A stretch of DNA of 64,000 nucleotides, from contig NC_090369.1 in assembly GCF_035084215.1 (NCBI RefSeq), positions 372,001 through 436,000 on the forward strand, given 5' to 3'. Source of the stretch: Heptranchias perlo (taxonomy: Eukaryota). Position 1 is the stretch's first letter, and every line of letters begins with the position of its first letter. Shown here one piece after another: positions 34,193-48,989 of this stretch. Made by a program: the position numbers and the translations under genes. Under the pieces are notes generated by a model. It was not told where the DNA came from and ran no database searches. It saw only the letters and a program-made list of their open reading frames with translations.

Positions 34193-34294
34193 GTAACGGT
34201 ATTTGCGGCCCTCCCCCGGGGCCGGGCTGGTGACGCGAGGCCGAGGCTGCGGCCTGGTCGTGTTTTGGGGGTCAGTGCGCACGCGTGGGGCGGA

Positions 34295-34715
34295 GGGGTT
34301 CCCCCCGGGGCTGAATCCAAACTGAGTGTCGGGAGGGGTTCCCCCCCACCGGGGGGCTGAATCCAAACTGGGTGTCGGGGGGGGCTGAATCCAAACTGGG
34401 TGTCGGGAGGGGTTCCCCCCCACCGGGGGGCTGAATCCAAACTGGGTGTCGGGAGGGGTTCCCCCCCACCGGGGGGCTGAATCCAAACTGGGTGTCGGGG
34501 GGGGCTGAATCCAAACTGGGTGTCGGGAGGGGTTCCCCCCCACCGGGGGGCTGAATCCAAACTGGGTGTCGGGAGGGGTTCCCCCCACCGGGGGGCTGAA
34601 TCCAAACTGGGTGTCGGGAGGGGTTCCCCCCACCGGGGGCTGAATCCAAACTGGGTGTCGGGAGGGGTTCCCCCCACCGGGGGCTGAATCCAAACTGGGT
34701 GTCGGGAGGGGTCCC
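34295..34715. repeat. Minisatellite (ggggctgaatccaaactgggtgtcgggaggggttccccc) in RAB7A-like intron 1
   Basis: About 8 tandem copies of variable length. Confidence 0.88.
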
Positions 34716-34934
34716 CCCCCCTCCCCCGGGGCTCCTGTCCTTTACCTCCAGCCCCCCCCCCCCAAGAGTTCAGGATGTTGGTAGATGTTTTGTGTCTGGG
34801 AGGGGGGAGGGGTTTGCCGGGAGGGGGGAGGGGCGTGCCGGTGTCCGGGAGGGGGGCAGAGACCCTCTGTGCCTCGCTAATTTTACTTTTCCTCACTCAG
34901 AATCTCCCCCTTTGTTAATTTTCCAGCTTTGGAC

Positions 34935-38530
<3,596 letters not shown>

Positions 38531-40601
38531 GCCGAGGGGGGAGGATGGGGAGGGCAGAGGAACAGGCGACAGGTCCTGCACAAAACTCCTCTCCTTACCC
38601 CGCACTGGTGACCAAAAGACTCCTGTGGTAAGAAGATCTCTCTTCCCCTGCGAGTCTCTGCAAATAATGGACTTCTGATTCGATGTGTGTGACTCCCTCT
38701 CCCTCAGGAGCTGGACCGAGGAACAAGAGACCAGAAACCTCCTTCAGACTCTCCTCCTACTGCCCTGTGGGAGCGTGCTTGTCCCCACAAGCCTCTGCTG
38801 AGTGTCATTTGCCTGCCCCCGGTTCCTCGGCTCACAGCTTGAAAGGTTTAGCAGTGTTGGGGTGACAGAATATTTCTCCCCCTGAGCCCTGGCCCCCACT
38901 CCCTGGATTTATATTGAGGTCGGAGGGAGTGGGTTATAGTCTGGGGCCGAACGCCCAAACCCCTCGCTCCAGTCTCACTTTCCACCCGCGGGGACCAGGC
39001 CTCTGGTTAAAATCCCCCCCCTCCCCGCTCTGTAAAGGTCTCTTGCTGTGTGGGGAGGGGAACAGGGTGTGAGATTCTTGGCGCAGCTCCCAGAGGGAGG
39101 GGTGAGTGAGAATAACGTACGGGTCAGACCTCAGGCTGTGGACGGGAGAGAGTAACACAGCTTCACTGTGATTGCTTTTTATATAATATAATGTGTGTGA
39201 ATTTATTGAAATGTAACCACTGTTTATAATGCAAAAAATCTGAATCTAACTGCCTGGCCGCAGTTTAATTTGCGAGCTGTACTAATTCTTTTGCTTTCTG
39301 TTTTTTTGTAAGAAATCCCCTTGTGATCGGGTAATTTAAGACACTGATATGAGCCTGGTCTGAAGGTGACCCTGGTTTGCAGGGTCACCCTCTGCACCCA
39401 CCACCCTCCTACTCTGCCTCTCCAAGCAGCTGTGAGTTTGGTCGGCCTCAGACTGAGTTCGATGGTGGACGCACCAGCTGAGAGACAAGTGTTGGAGAAA
39501 GTCTCGGGGGGGGCCCCCATAGCCCCCCGCACGTTTCCAAACCTGGGGCAGCTCGTTCCGATACGCCTTCTCCCCCCTCCCAGAAACGCTGCTGGAGTGC
39601 TGGGCTGTGTTGGGAGGGGCTGGTGATCAGCTCACACACACCCCCTCCCTCACTATATGGCTGGACTGCACTCACTCTGCCGGTCAGTGTCAGCATATCT
39701 TGTTCCTGTTCCTGCAAATCTCACTAGTGACACCAACCATTCCTCCAATCATAACTTAAAAACGTCACTCAATTTAAAATAAAAACTTCACCAAACTTTG
39801 AAAGTTAACTTCCCCCCCCCCCCCCCCCCCCCCCCCATATTGTAAATCATGAAGTCCCCAATAACTGACCTGACCTGTAGATTGAGCTGTGGTGAGGATT
39901 GAAGGTGTATTATTTCTCTCTCTCTTTTTTTCCCCCTCCCTGTCCCCCTCACTGGGGGCTGACTCTGCACTCACTGCACTCAGCTTCACGTCACGGGGAA
40001 GGGGGAAAATCCCTGCTCCAGTCCAGGCTTTGTTCCCGCATCTGACACCGGCCTCTTGTGTTGGGGTTTGCATCTGGTCGAGGCTCCTCTTTCCCTCCCC
40101 CAGTCTCGTGACTCTTGCATCTCCCGATCTCCAGCCGGGGTTTCGATAAGAGGATAAATCGATGTACTAATTTAACAGATTTTCTTTCCTTTTTTAATTG
40201 CCTTTCTTTCTCTCTTATCCTCCGTTCTACCCCAGCATCTCCAACAGTTTCGACAGCGTGGGGTCTGTGTTTACTGCTCTCAAGCTGTGTTTTGAGTTCC
40301 TGCCCTGGGTGGTGTAGGAAGCCTCTTGTTTCTCTCAGTCGATGGAATTTACCCGGGTCTCGTTTTAATGCATCAAGCTGCAGTGACGGAGAAACCTCTT
40401 TCAGTCAGAGGCTCGGTCCTGTTGCTCAGATGCGTGTATAATATATATATATAATATATCAAAAAGAAAGTGATTTTATATTCCTCGGAGGGGGTGGGGG
40501 GGGGAACGTGTACAGATTTCTTCCCCCTCCGCCCCGTCGTGTGATGCACTAAATGCTGAGCTTTGTTCAATTAACTTCTTAATATGAGGGGGAAAAAAAT
40601 C

Positions 40602-40607
40602 AATAAA
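40602..40607 (+). terminator. Probable polyadenylation signal of the RAB7A-like gene
   Basis: AATAAA followed by GT-rich sequence, at the end of an AT-rich 3'UTR-like region. Confidence 0.55.
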
Positions 40608-40957
40608 AGTAATTTGAAAGTGCATGTGTGAAATTCTCTTCGCCTCTGTACTGAGTTTATCGAGTCCTGCCGGGAGGCTGAATACTGCTAGGGTACTTGC
40701 CCCATCTTCTCCCCGTGACCGTTCGTTTGAAGCTAGATAGGATATTTGGCTGTGGGGGGCTTCGCAGCCAAGACTGTTCTTGCAGCATTGGCCTCCAGAT
40801 GGTGAGACGAGGGTTTGTTTCAGTCTGGGAGCAGAGAGTCATCGTTACGGGGTGAGGGACGGGGACTTGTTTCTATCTGGGAGCAGAGGGCCACAGGGAA
40901 CTCTACCGGTTTCTAATGCTGATAAAAAAGGAAATGATTCATTGCAATACTCTACCC

Positions 40958-40963
40958 TTTATT
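40958..40963 (-). terminator. Probable polyadenylation signal of LAGE3
   Basis: tttatt on plus = AATAAA on minus, ~440 nt after the stop. Confidence 0.5.
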
Positions 40964-41400
40964 CCAATAGTTTTTAACCCGTTTAATCTCACTGGGCCAC
41001 GTCTACACAGAGTACATTTCCATCAGACATAAATCCCCCACCCGCCAGGAGAGACGGTGAGAGCACCCATGGGTGTCAGTGCCCCCAGAGCGCACGTGCC
41101 TTCTGACCCACGTTTAATGTGTGTCATTTGTTCCACTGACAGTAGGTGAGGGTGCACCATAATGTAACCACTTCAGATAAAACACCAGGTAACGGCAGTG
41201 GCCTGAGCTCCACCCCGAGCAGGAAAGACCCAGGCTCCCTGGCCTGTCCTGAGTGAGCTGATTTCGGTGAGGTTCGGGGGTTACGATTGTGTTTCGAGTC
41301 TCTGGGTCCAGCGATGGTGTGTCGGCCGTGCGGAGGGAGTTTTTAAACTTCTTTTTCCCCCCCCCCCCTCCCCCCTGCTGCTCTTGGGGAGACGCTGTCT

Positions 41401-42455
41401 CTACCTGGGCACCGGTGGTCCGAATCTGTCCATGGTCTGCAGGACGAGCGTGAGGTGGTCCAGGAAGGAGCTGACCGATACTCGAAGGATCCGGGCCTCG
41501 TCCGCCTCCCAGCGTCTGCAGGGAGAGAGGAGAGGGAATCTGTTCAACACTCACCCCCCAGCCAGAACTCAGCGCACGGCACTGGAAACAGTTTCTCCTT
41601 ATTTACCCCCATCAAAACCCCTCGATTTAAATCTCCCCTTGACCTCTGCTCCAAGGGGAACAACCCCCAGGTTCTCCGTGTAACTGAAGCCCTTCGTTCC
41701 CCGGTACCATTCTGGTAAATCTCCCCTTAACCATCTCTCGTCTGACGGTGAAAGCAGCCCCACACTTACGCCAGGAGTACGCAGCCCCTCACGGTCACCT
41801 CTTTGCTGATTCCACCTCTCCGCGGCTCTGAATCCGGGACGAGTGAGCCGTGAGCAATCTGTGCCTCCAGCAGCGAGGGGAAAGGCACGCTCAGGTTACT
41901 GGGACCCCGGGTTAAGGAGCACAGAGTGAATGGGGTTAGAGCAGACCCCCCCCCCAGGGTGGGAATCACACCTTCCAATATATATATATAAACACAGTCA
42001 CTTTTAAACTATTGCTGCAAACTCTTCTCACTGCATTAAATGTAACTTCAAACTATCACTGGGGATTTCTGGGGTCATCTGCAGGAAACCTTCTCCCAGT
42101 CTGAGCCCCCAGCAATGGGTTAACTTCTAAAGAAAGGGGGAGAAACTACAACTCCCAGCGTGCTGCAGCTCACTGTGCATGCGCAGTAACGGTCAGCCTA
42201 CAACTCCCAGCATGCCACGCCTCACTGTGCATGCGCACTACGCTCCCGAGTCAATGGCGGCGAGAACGCCGGGCGCTCCGCTTCCCGATGGGGACTGGAC
42301 CGGCGGGGACCCCCCCCCCCCTCTCCCCTCTCCCCCTCTCCCCCTCCCGGGAACTCGCTCCCCAAACTCCGCTTAACCGTGGGGGTGACGAAAGGATACA
42401 ATCGTAAGCGGTTACTGCCGTTAGTGACGGCGGCGGGAGAGGCGGCAGCCGCCAT
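41401..42455 (-). CDS. LAGE3: EKC/KEOPS complex subunit LAGE3 (Pcc1 family), complete 99 aa, exons 42400-42455, 41770-41898, 41401-41515
   Basis: Spliced product MAAAASPAAVTNGSNRLRFNLSVPFPSLLEAQIAHGSLVPDSEPRRGGISKEVTVRGCVLLARWEADEARILRVSVSSFLDHLTLVLQTMDRFGPPVPR*; LSVPFP..LEA.IAHGSL.PD.EP and RW.A...R.LR.SV..FLD.L.LV..TM.RFGPP match LAGE3/Pcc1. Confidence 0.92.
41899..42399 (-). other. U12-type (minor spliceosome) GT-AG intron, LAGE3 intron 1
   Basis: Donor GTATCCTTT (42399-42391), branch site TCCTTAAC (41918-41911) 12 nt before the exon, no polypyrimidine tract. Confidence 0.9.
42140..42270. promoter_or_regulatory. Duplicated ZNF143/Staf (ACTACAACTCCCAGC) and NRF1-like (TGCATGCGCA) motif cluster within a CpG island
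   Basis: ctacaactcccagc at ~42146 and ~42198, each followed by ctcactgtgcatgcgca. Confidence 0.7.
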
Positions 42456-42514
42456 CTTGGATCGAAGGCGCCGAGTGAACCGGAAGAAACCATTCTGAGG
42501 AGAGGGGGGGGGTG

Positions 42515-42706
42515 AACTGGTGGGAAATACCACTGCAGGGAGAGGGGGGGGGGGTCTACTGGTGGGAAATACCACTGCAGGGAGAGGGGGGGGTGTATTG
42601 GTGGGAAATACCACTGCAGGGAGAGGGGGGGTCTACTGGTGGGAAATACCACTGCAGGGAGAGGGGGGGGTGTATTGGTGGGAAATACCACTGCAGGGAG
42701 AGGGGG
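42515..42706. repeat. ~39-42-bp minisatellite just upstream of the LAGE3 start
   Basis: tggtgggaaataccactgcagggagagggg x5. Confidence 0.88.
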
Positions 42707-42880
42707 TTGATTTAGGCTGGAGGGAGATTCCACTGAACAAGGGGGTGGAGGGGGCAACAGGGGAGATGCCACTGGCAGGGCGGGGGCACTGGGAGGTGTG
42801 CAGTTATTTCCCCTTTTGTAACATGGAGGGTCCATGAGGTCACTGGGTGCATCTTCTACCCTTGAAAGGAAACTGAGCGG

Positions 42881-43898
42881 CGGGGAGGGGCCACGAGTCT
42901 CCCAGCCACTCCCCTATTCCCGTGGGGGAGGGGCCACGAGTCTCCCAGCCACTCCCCTATTCCCGTGGGGGAGGGGCCACGAGTCTCCCAGCCACTCCCC
43001 TATTCCCGTGGGGGAGGGGCCACGAGTCTCCCAGCCACTCCCCTATTCCCGTGGGGGAGGGGCCACGAGTCTCCCAGCCAATCCCCTATTCCCGTGGGGG
43101 AGGGGCCACGAGTCTCCCAGCCAATCCCCTATTCCCGTGGGGGAGGGGCCACGAGTCTCCCAGCCACTCCCCTATTCCCGTGGGGGAGGGGCCACGAGTC
43201 TCCCAGCCAATCCCCTATTCCCGTGGGGGAGGGGCCACGAGTCTCCCAGCCACTCCCCTATTCCCGTGGGGGAGGGGCCGCGAGTCTCCCAGCCACTCCC
43301 CTATTCCCGTGGGGGAGGGGCCGCGAGTCTCCCAGCCACTCCCCTATTCCCGTGGGGGAGGGGCCGCGAGTCTCCCAGCCACTCCCCTATTCCCGTGGGG
43401 GAGGGGCCGCGAGTCTCCCAGCCACTCCCCTGTCCCGTGGGGGAGGGGCCACAAGTCTCCCAGCCACTCCCCTATCCTGTGGGGGAGGGGCCACGAGTCT
43501 CCCAGCCACTCCCCTATTCCCGTGGGGGAGGGGCCACGAGTCTCCCAGCCACTCCCCTATCTCATGGGGGAGGGGCCACGAGTCTCCCAGCCACTCCCCT
43601 GTCCCGTGGGGGAGGGGCCACGAGTCTCCCAGCCACTCCCCTGTCCCGTGGGGGAGGGGCCGCGAGTCTCCCAGCCACTCCCCTATCCTGTGGGGGAGGG
43701 GCCACGAGTCTCCCAGCCACTCCCCTATTCCCGTGGGGGAGGGGCCGCGAGTCTCCCAGCCACTCCCCTATCCTGTGGGGGAGGGGCCACGAGTCTCCCA
43801 GCCACTCCCCTATCCTGTGGGGGAGGGGCCACGAGTCTCCCAGCCACTCCCCTATCCTGTGGGGGAGGGGCCACGAGTCTCCCAGCCACTCCCCTATC
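42881..43898. repeat. 43-bp minisatellite, ~23 copies
   Basis: gggggaggggccacgagtctcccagccactcccctattcccgt repeated. Confidence 0.95.
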
Positions 43899-44819
43899 CC
43901 CAATCAGTGCTGGACAGCGGAGGGCGCTACAACAGGTTGGGGTGTGACTGTAACGTGACACGTTTACATAGGCAACTTCCAGTATAGATGTTGACATAGG
44001 AATTTATAACGGGGGAAAAAGTCGACAGGATGTGCAGCCATGTAAAATTTGTAATATATTATCAAAGACAGATCATTCCCATCCTCTCCCTCTCCGTGAC
44101 ACGATTTTGTCCCCTCGAGTCCTAGTCCTTCAGCGCCCTGAGTGCAGTAACTCGGGGGAACAGAGGTTAGGCTCGAGCAGCTTGAATCAATGCTGAAACG
44201 GAGAGACCGTCACACAGTTGCTGCACCTCGCTGCTACCACGAACCCAGCTCATCGGCAATCGTTGGGTGACTTGACAGAGGTGTTTAAAGTGACGAAGGG
44301 ATGGGACAGTATGATTGTCGAGCTCTCCCTGTGCGCTCTCAGCCCCCTCCCCGTTCCACACCGTCTCTGGCGCCCCCCCCCCAGCTTCCTCTCCGCAATC
44401 GTCCCCTGGAAGGGCAGCAGTCGCTGGGTGTCAGCTGAGACCAGGGTGTGAGTGTGTGGAACAAGGCAGCCGGATCTCTCTCCCTGTCACAGTGTTTACC
44501 CATCGCCAGCCCTGCCAAAGGTAGAGAGATTAGGAGCTCTGCGTCGTGCCTGAAGATAGCGATTTGGAAAAATATGGAGTGAGCCGGAGGTCAGTGCCCC
44601 TTGTTTGTGAAGTGTGTGGGCTGAGGGCTGACGCATGTTATCCATTACTTCACTGTCTTATCTGTCTCTGGTGGAAGGATTTACGTCTCTGTAGGTTTGT
44701 AGTTTGTTGCAGGATTTTCTACTTTGTTTGTGTCTAATGCACTGACTCTGCAAATATTCTCTCTCCAATTCCCCTCTCCTGAAGGGCTCTCACGGGGGTA
44801 CAGTCCCAGTACGAAACAC

Positions 44820-45225
44820 AGAAGGTAATTAGGAAAGCAAATGGCATATTGGCCTTTATTGCAAGGGGATTGGAGTACAAGAGTAAGGAAGTCTTGCTAC
44901 AATTGTACAGGGCTTTGGTGAGACCTCACCTGGAGTACTGTGTACAGTTTTGGTCTCCTTACCTAAGGAAGGATATACTTGCCTTAGAGGCAGTGCAACG
45001 AAGGTTCACTAGATTGATTCCTGGGATGAGAGGGTTGTCCTATGAGGAGAGATTGAGTAGAATGGGCCGATACTCTCTAGAGTTTAGAAGAATGAGAGGG
45101 GATCTCATGGAAACAGGGATCGGGCGGGAAAGGGGAGTTGAGGTTAAAGATCAGCCATGATCTGATTGAATGGCGGAGCAGACTCGAGGGGCCGAATGGC
45201 CTACTCCTGCTCCTATTTCTTATGT
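44820..45225 (+). mobile_element. CR1 LINE fragment with internal deletion and 3' tail
   Basis: LYRALVRPHLEYCVQFWSPYLRKD...RRMRGDL, then a jump to the tail. Confidence 0.87.
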
Positions 45226-45499
45226 TCCATGTCCCTCCCCGAGGGCACTGCCTCTCACTGGGGTACAGTCCCATGCCCACCCCCCCTCTGAAGGGAGTAT
45301 TGGTGGAGGGGTTGGAAGAGTTAACCTGGCCTTGCATGGGCTGATGGAGAGTTCAGAACCAGCAGGAAATGAGAGAAAGATTCCCGCCCCCCCGGTGTAA
45401 TAAACACCCCCCCCCCCGGGGGGCCGTTGCCTCTGGGACCAATCCTCCAATGAGAGTCGATGCCTCCAGGGAGTAAGGAGACAAATGGGTTTTCATTAA

Positions 45500-46515
45500 G
45501 GTGTCAGCTGTGGCTCAGTGGGTCTCACTCTCCCCTCTGAGTCAGGAGGTCGTGGGTTCGAACCCCCCTCCAGAGACTCGAGCCCCATTACCTTGGCCGA
45601 CACTCCCAGAGCAGTACTGAGGGAGGGACGCACTGTCGGAGGGTCAGTACTGAGGGAGCGCTGCACTGTCGGAGGGTCAGTACTGAGGGAGCGCTGCACT
45701 GTCGGAGGGTCAGTACTGAGGGAGCGCCGCACTGTCGGAGGGTCAGTACTGAGGGAGCGCCGCACTGTCGGAGGGTCAGTACTGAGGGAGCGCCGCACTG
45801 TCGGAGGGTCAGTACTGAGGGAGCGCCGCACTGTCGGAGGGTCAGTACTGAGGGAGCGCCGCACTGTCGGAGGGTCAGTACTGAGGGAGCGCCGCACGGT
45901 CGGTACTGAGGGAGCGCCGCACTGTCGGAGGGTCAGTACTGAGGGAGCGCCGCACTGTCGGAGGGTCAGTACTGAGGGAGCGCCGCACTGTCGGAGGGTC
46001 AGTACTGAGGGAGCGCCGCGCTGTCGGAGGGTCAGTACTGAGGGAGCGCCGCGCTGTCGGAGGGTCAGTACTGAGGGAGCGCCGTGCTGTCGGAGGGTCA
46101 GTACTGAGGGAGCGCCGCGCTGTCGGAGGGTCAGTACTGAGGGAGCGCCGCACTGTCGGAGGGTCAGTACTGAGGGAGCGCCGCACTGTCGGAGGTGCTG
46201 TCTTTCGGATGAGATGTTAAACCGAGGCCCCGTCTGCTCCTCTCAGGTGGATGTAAAAGATCCCACGGCCACTATTGGAAGAAGAGCAGGGGGAGTTCTC
46301 CCCGGGGTCCTGGGGCCAATATTTATCCCTCGACCAACATCACTAAAAACAGATGATCTGGTCATTATCACATTTCTGTTTGTGGGATCTTGCTGTGCGT
46401 AAATTGGCTGCCACGTTTCCTACATTACAACAGTGACCTCACTTCAGAAAGTACTTGATTGGCTGTGAAGCTTTGGGATGTCCTGAAATGGTGAGAGGCT
46501 CTGTCGAAATGGGAA
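45500..46515 (+). mobile_element. tRNA-derived Deu-type SINE containing an internal 33-bp VNTR
   Basis: A box TGGCTCAGTGG (45511), B box GGTTCGAACCC (~45555), Deu-like core (ttaaaccgaggccccgtctgc...gatccc...gaagagcaggg). Confidence 0.85.
45612..46195. repeat. 33-bp tandem repeat (~17 copies) inside the SINE
   Basis: gcactgtcggagggtcagtactgagggagcgcc; 11-aa period in ORFs. Confidence 0.93.
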
Positions 46516-46654
46516 TTCTTTCTCCTGAACAATACCTGGGGTTGAACGGAGATAAACTGTCAGTATTTTCCCAGTTACTCGGAGGGACACGGATTACACA
46601 TTAACCGGGACTGAAGGAGGGTTCAGCAATGACTGGATGTTTCCCGATCTATTC

Positions 46655-47048
46655 CCAGACCAATCACAAAACGACGTCCAATGAGAGGCCTGAGTTTAAG
46701 TCAGGCCCATAACCAGCCCTCATTAATCCACGGGAATGACCCAGCCTTTTATAAATAGGGGCCAGTGACATTCACCTGCAGCATCAACAGTCAATCTCAG
46801 AGCAACAGGGACACAGACCGAGACTGAGGGAGTGGCAGGAACAGGACAGAGACACAGAGCGAGGGAGCGGCAGGAAGAGGCCGCCTTCGGGAAGCACAGG
46901 AGCAGGGCCGTCAGCTTTGTAACGCTCAGTACGGGGTTCCAGCGCTCTACGACGGCCTCGAGCCTCCGCGTACGGTCTCACTCCCGATCGAGGAGGTGTG
47001 CAGTGGATTGGACTCCTGTCCCGGGAACAGCGCTGGATTTTGCCTCAG
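46655..47048 (+). promoter_or_regulatory. Putative TATA promoter and ATG-free first exon of an unidentified plus-strand gene
   Basis: CCAAT at ~46660 and ~46678, TATAAATA at 46750-46757, donor CAG|GTAAAC at 47049. Confidence 0.45.
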
Positions 47049-47089
47049 GTAAACCCTGTCAACAGCGTGCCGGCCGATAAAGAGCCCTC

Positions 47090-48960
47090 CAGCCTAATCC
47101 CCCTTTCCAGCACTTGCTCCGTAGCCCTGTAGGTTTCGGCACTTCAGGGGCACATCCAGGTATTTTTTAAATGTGATGAGGGTTTCTGCCTCTCCCACCC
47201 TCTCAGGCAGTGAGTTCCAGACCCCACCACCCTCTGGGTGAAAACATTTCTCCTCATCTCCCCTCTAATCCTTCTACCAATCACTTTAAATCTAGGTCCC
47301 CTGGTCACTGACCCCTCTGCTAAGGGAAATAGCTCCTTCCTATCCACTCTATCTCGGTCCCTCATAATTTTATACACCTCAATTAAATCTCCCCTCAGCC
47401 TCCTTTGTTCCAATGAAAACAACCCCAGCCTATCCAATCTTTCCTCATAGCTAAAATTCTCCAGCCCTGGCCACATCCTCGTAAATCTCCTCTGCACCCT
47501 CTCGAGTGCAATCACATCCTTCCTGTAATGTGGTGACCAGAACTGTACACAGTACTCAAGCTGTGGCCTAACTAGTGTTTTATACAGTTCCAGCATAACC
47601 TCCCTGCTCTTATATTCTGTGCCTCGGCTAATAAAGGAAAGTATCCCGTCTGCCTTTTTAACCACCTTACCTACCTGTCCTGCTACCTTCAGGGATCTGT
47701 GGACATGCACTCCAAGGTCCCTCACTTCCTCTACACCTCTCAGTATCCTCCCATTTATTGTGTACTCCCTTGCCTTGTTTGCTCTCCCCAAATACATTAC
47801 CTCACACTTCTCCAGATTGAATTCCATTTGCCACTTTTCTGCCCATCTGACCAGTCCATTGATATCTTCCTGCAGTCTACAGCTTTCCTGCTCACTATCA
47901 GCCACACGGCCAATTTTAGCATCATCTGCAAACTTCTTGATCATGTCCCCCACATTCAAGTCCAAATCATTAATATATACCACAAAAAGCAAGGGACCTC
48001 GTACTGAGCCCTGCGGAACCCCACTGGAAACAGCCTTCCAGTCCCAAAAACACCCGTCAACCATTACCCTTTGCTTCCTGCCACTGAGCCAATTTTGGAT
48101 CCAACTTGACACTTTCCCTTGGATCCCATGGGCTTGTACTTTTTTGACCAGTCCGCCATGTGGGACCTTGTCAAAAGCCTTGCTAAAATCCATGCAGACT
48201 ACATCAAATGCACTACCCCCATCAACCCTCCTTGTTACCTCAAAAAATTCAATCAAGTTAGTCAGACACAACCTTCCCTTAACAAATCCATGCTGACTGT
48301 CCTTGATTAACCCATGCCTTTTTAAATGACGATTTATGCTGTCCCTCAGAATTGATTCCAATAATTTGCCCACCACCGAGGTTAGACTGACTGGCCTGTA
48401 ATTACTCGGTCTATCTCTTTCTCCCTTTTTAAACAACGGTACAATGTTAGCAGTCCTCCAATCCTCCGGCACCACGCCTGTAGTCAGGGAGGATTGGATA
48501 ATGATGGTGAGAGCCTCCGCTATTTCCTCCCTGGCTTCTCTTAACAGCCTGGGAGACATTTCATCCGGACCTGGTGATTTATCTACTTTCAGAGATGCTA
48601 ATCCCCTGAATACTCCCTCTCCCACTATCTCACCCAATATTTCACACTCCTCCTCCTTAACTACAATTTCTTCATTGTCCCCCTCTTTTCTGAATTCAGA
48701 CGCAAAGTATTCATGAAGAACCATCCCCACATCTTCCGCCTCCACACAGAGGTTACCTTTTTGGTCTCTAATAGGCCCTACTCTTTCCTTAGTTATCCTC
48801 TTGCTCTTTATGTATTTATAAAACATTTTTGGGTTTCCCTCAATTTTATTTGCCAGTATTTTTTCCTGCCCTCCCTTTGCTTTCCTAATTTCCTTTTTAA
48901 TTTCACCCCTGCAAGTTCGATACTCCCCAAAGCTTTCTGCGGTATTGAGCTCTCAATATC
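47090..48960 (-). mobile_element. 5'-truncated young CR1 LINE with a 560-aa open RT segment
   Basis: ORF 47144..48826: KSPGPD, PEDWRTANIVPLFKKG, NYRPVSLTS, DFSKAFDKV, GVPQGS, FADD. Confidence 0.95.
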
Positions 48961-48989
48961 TGACATCTCAGCCAGGCTGGGAGATTCCC

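Noticed and set aside
45505-45570. tRNA-like sequence with A and B boxes
   Set aside because: It is the head of a SINE, with no convincing cloverleaf or acceptor stem
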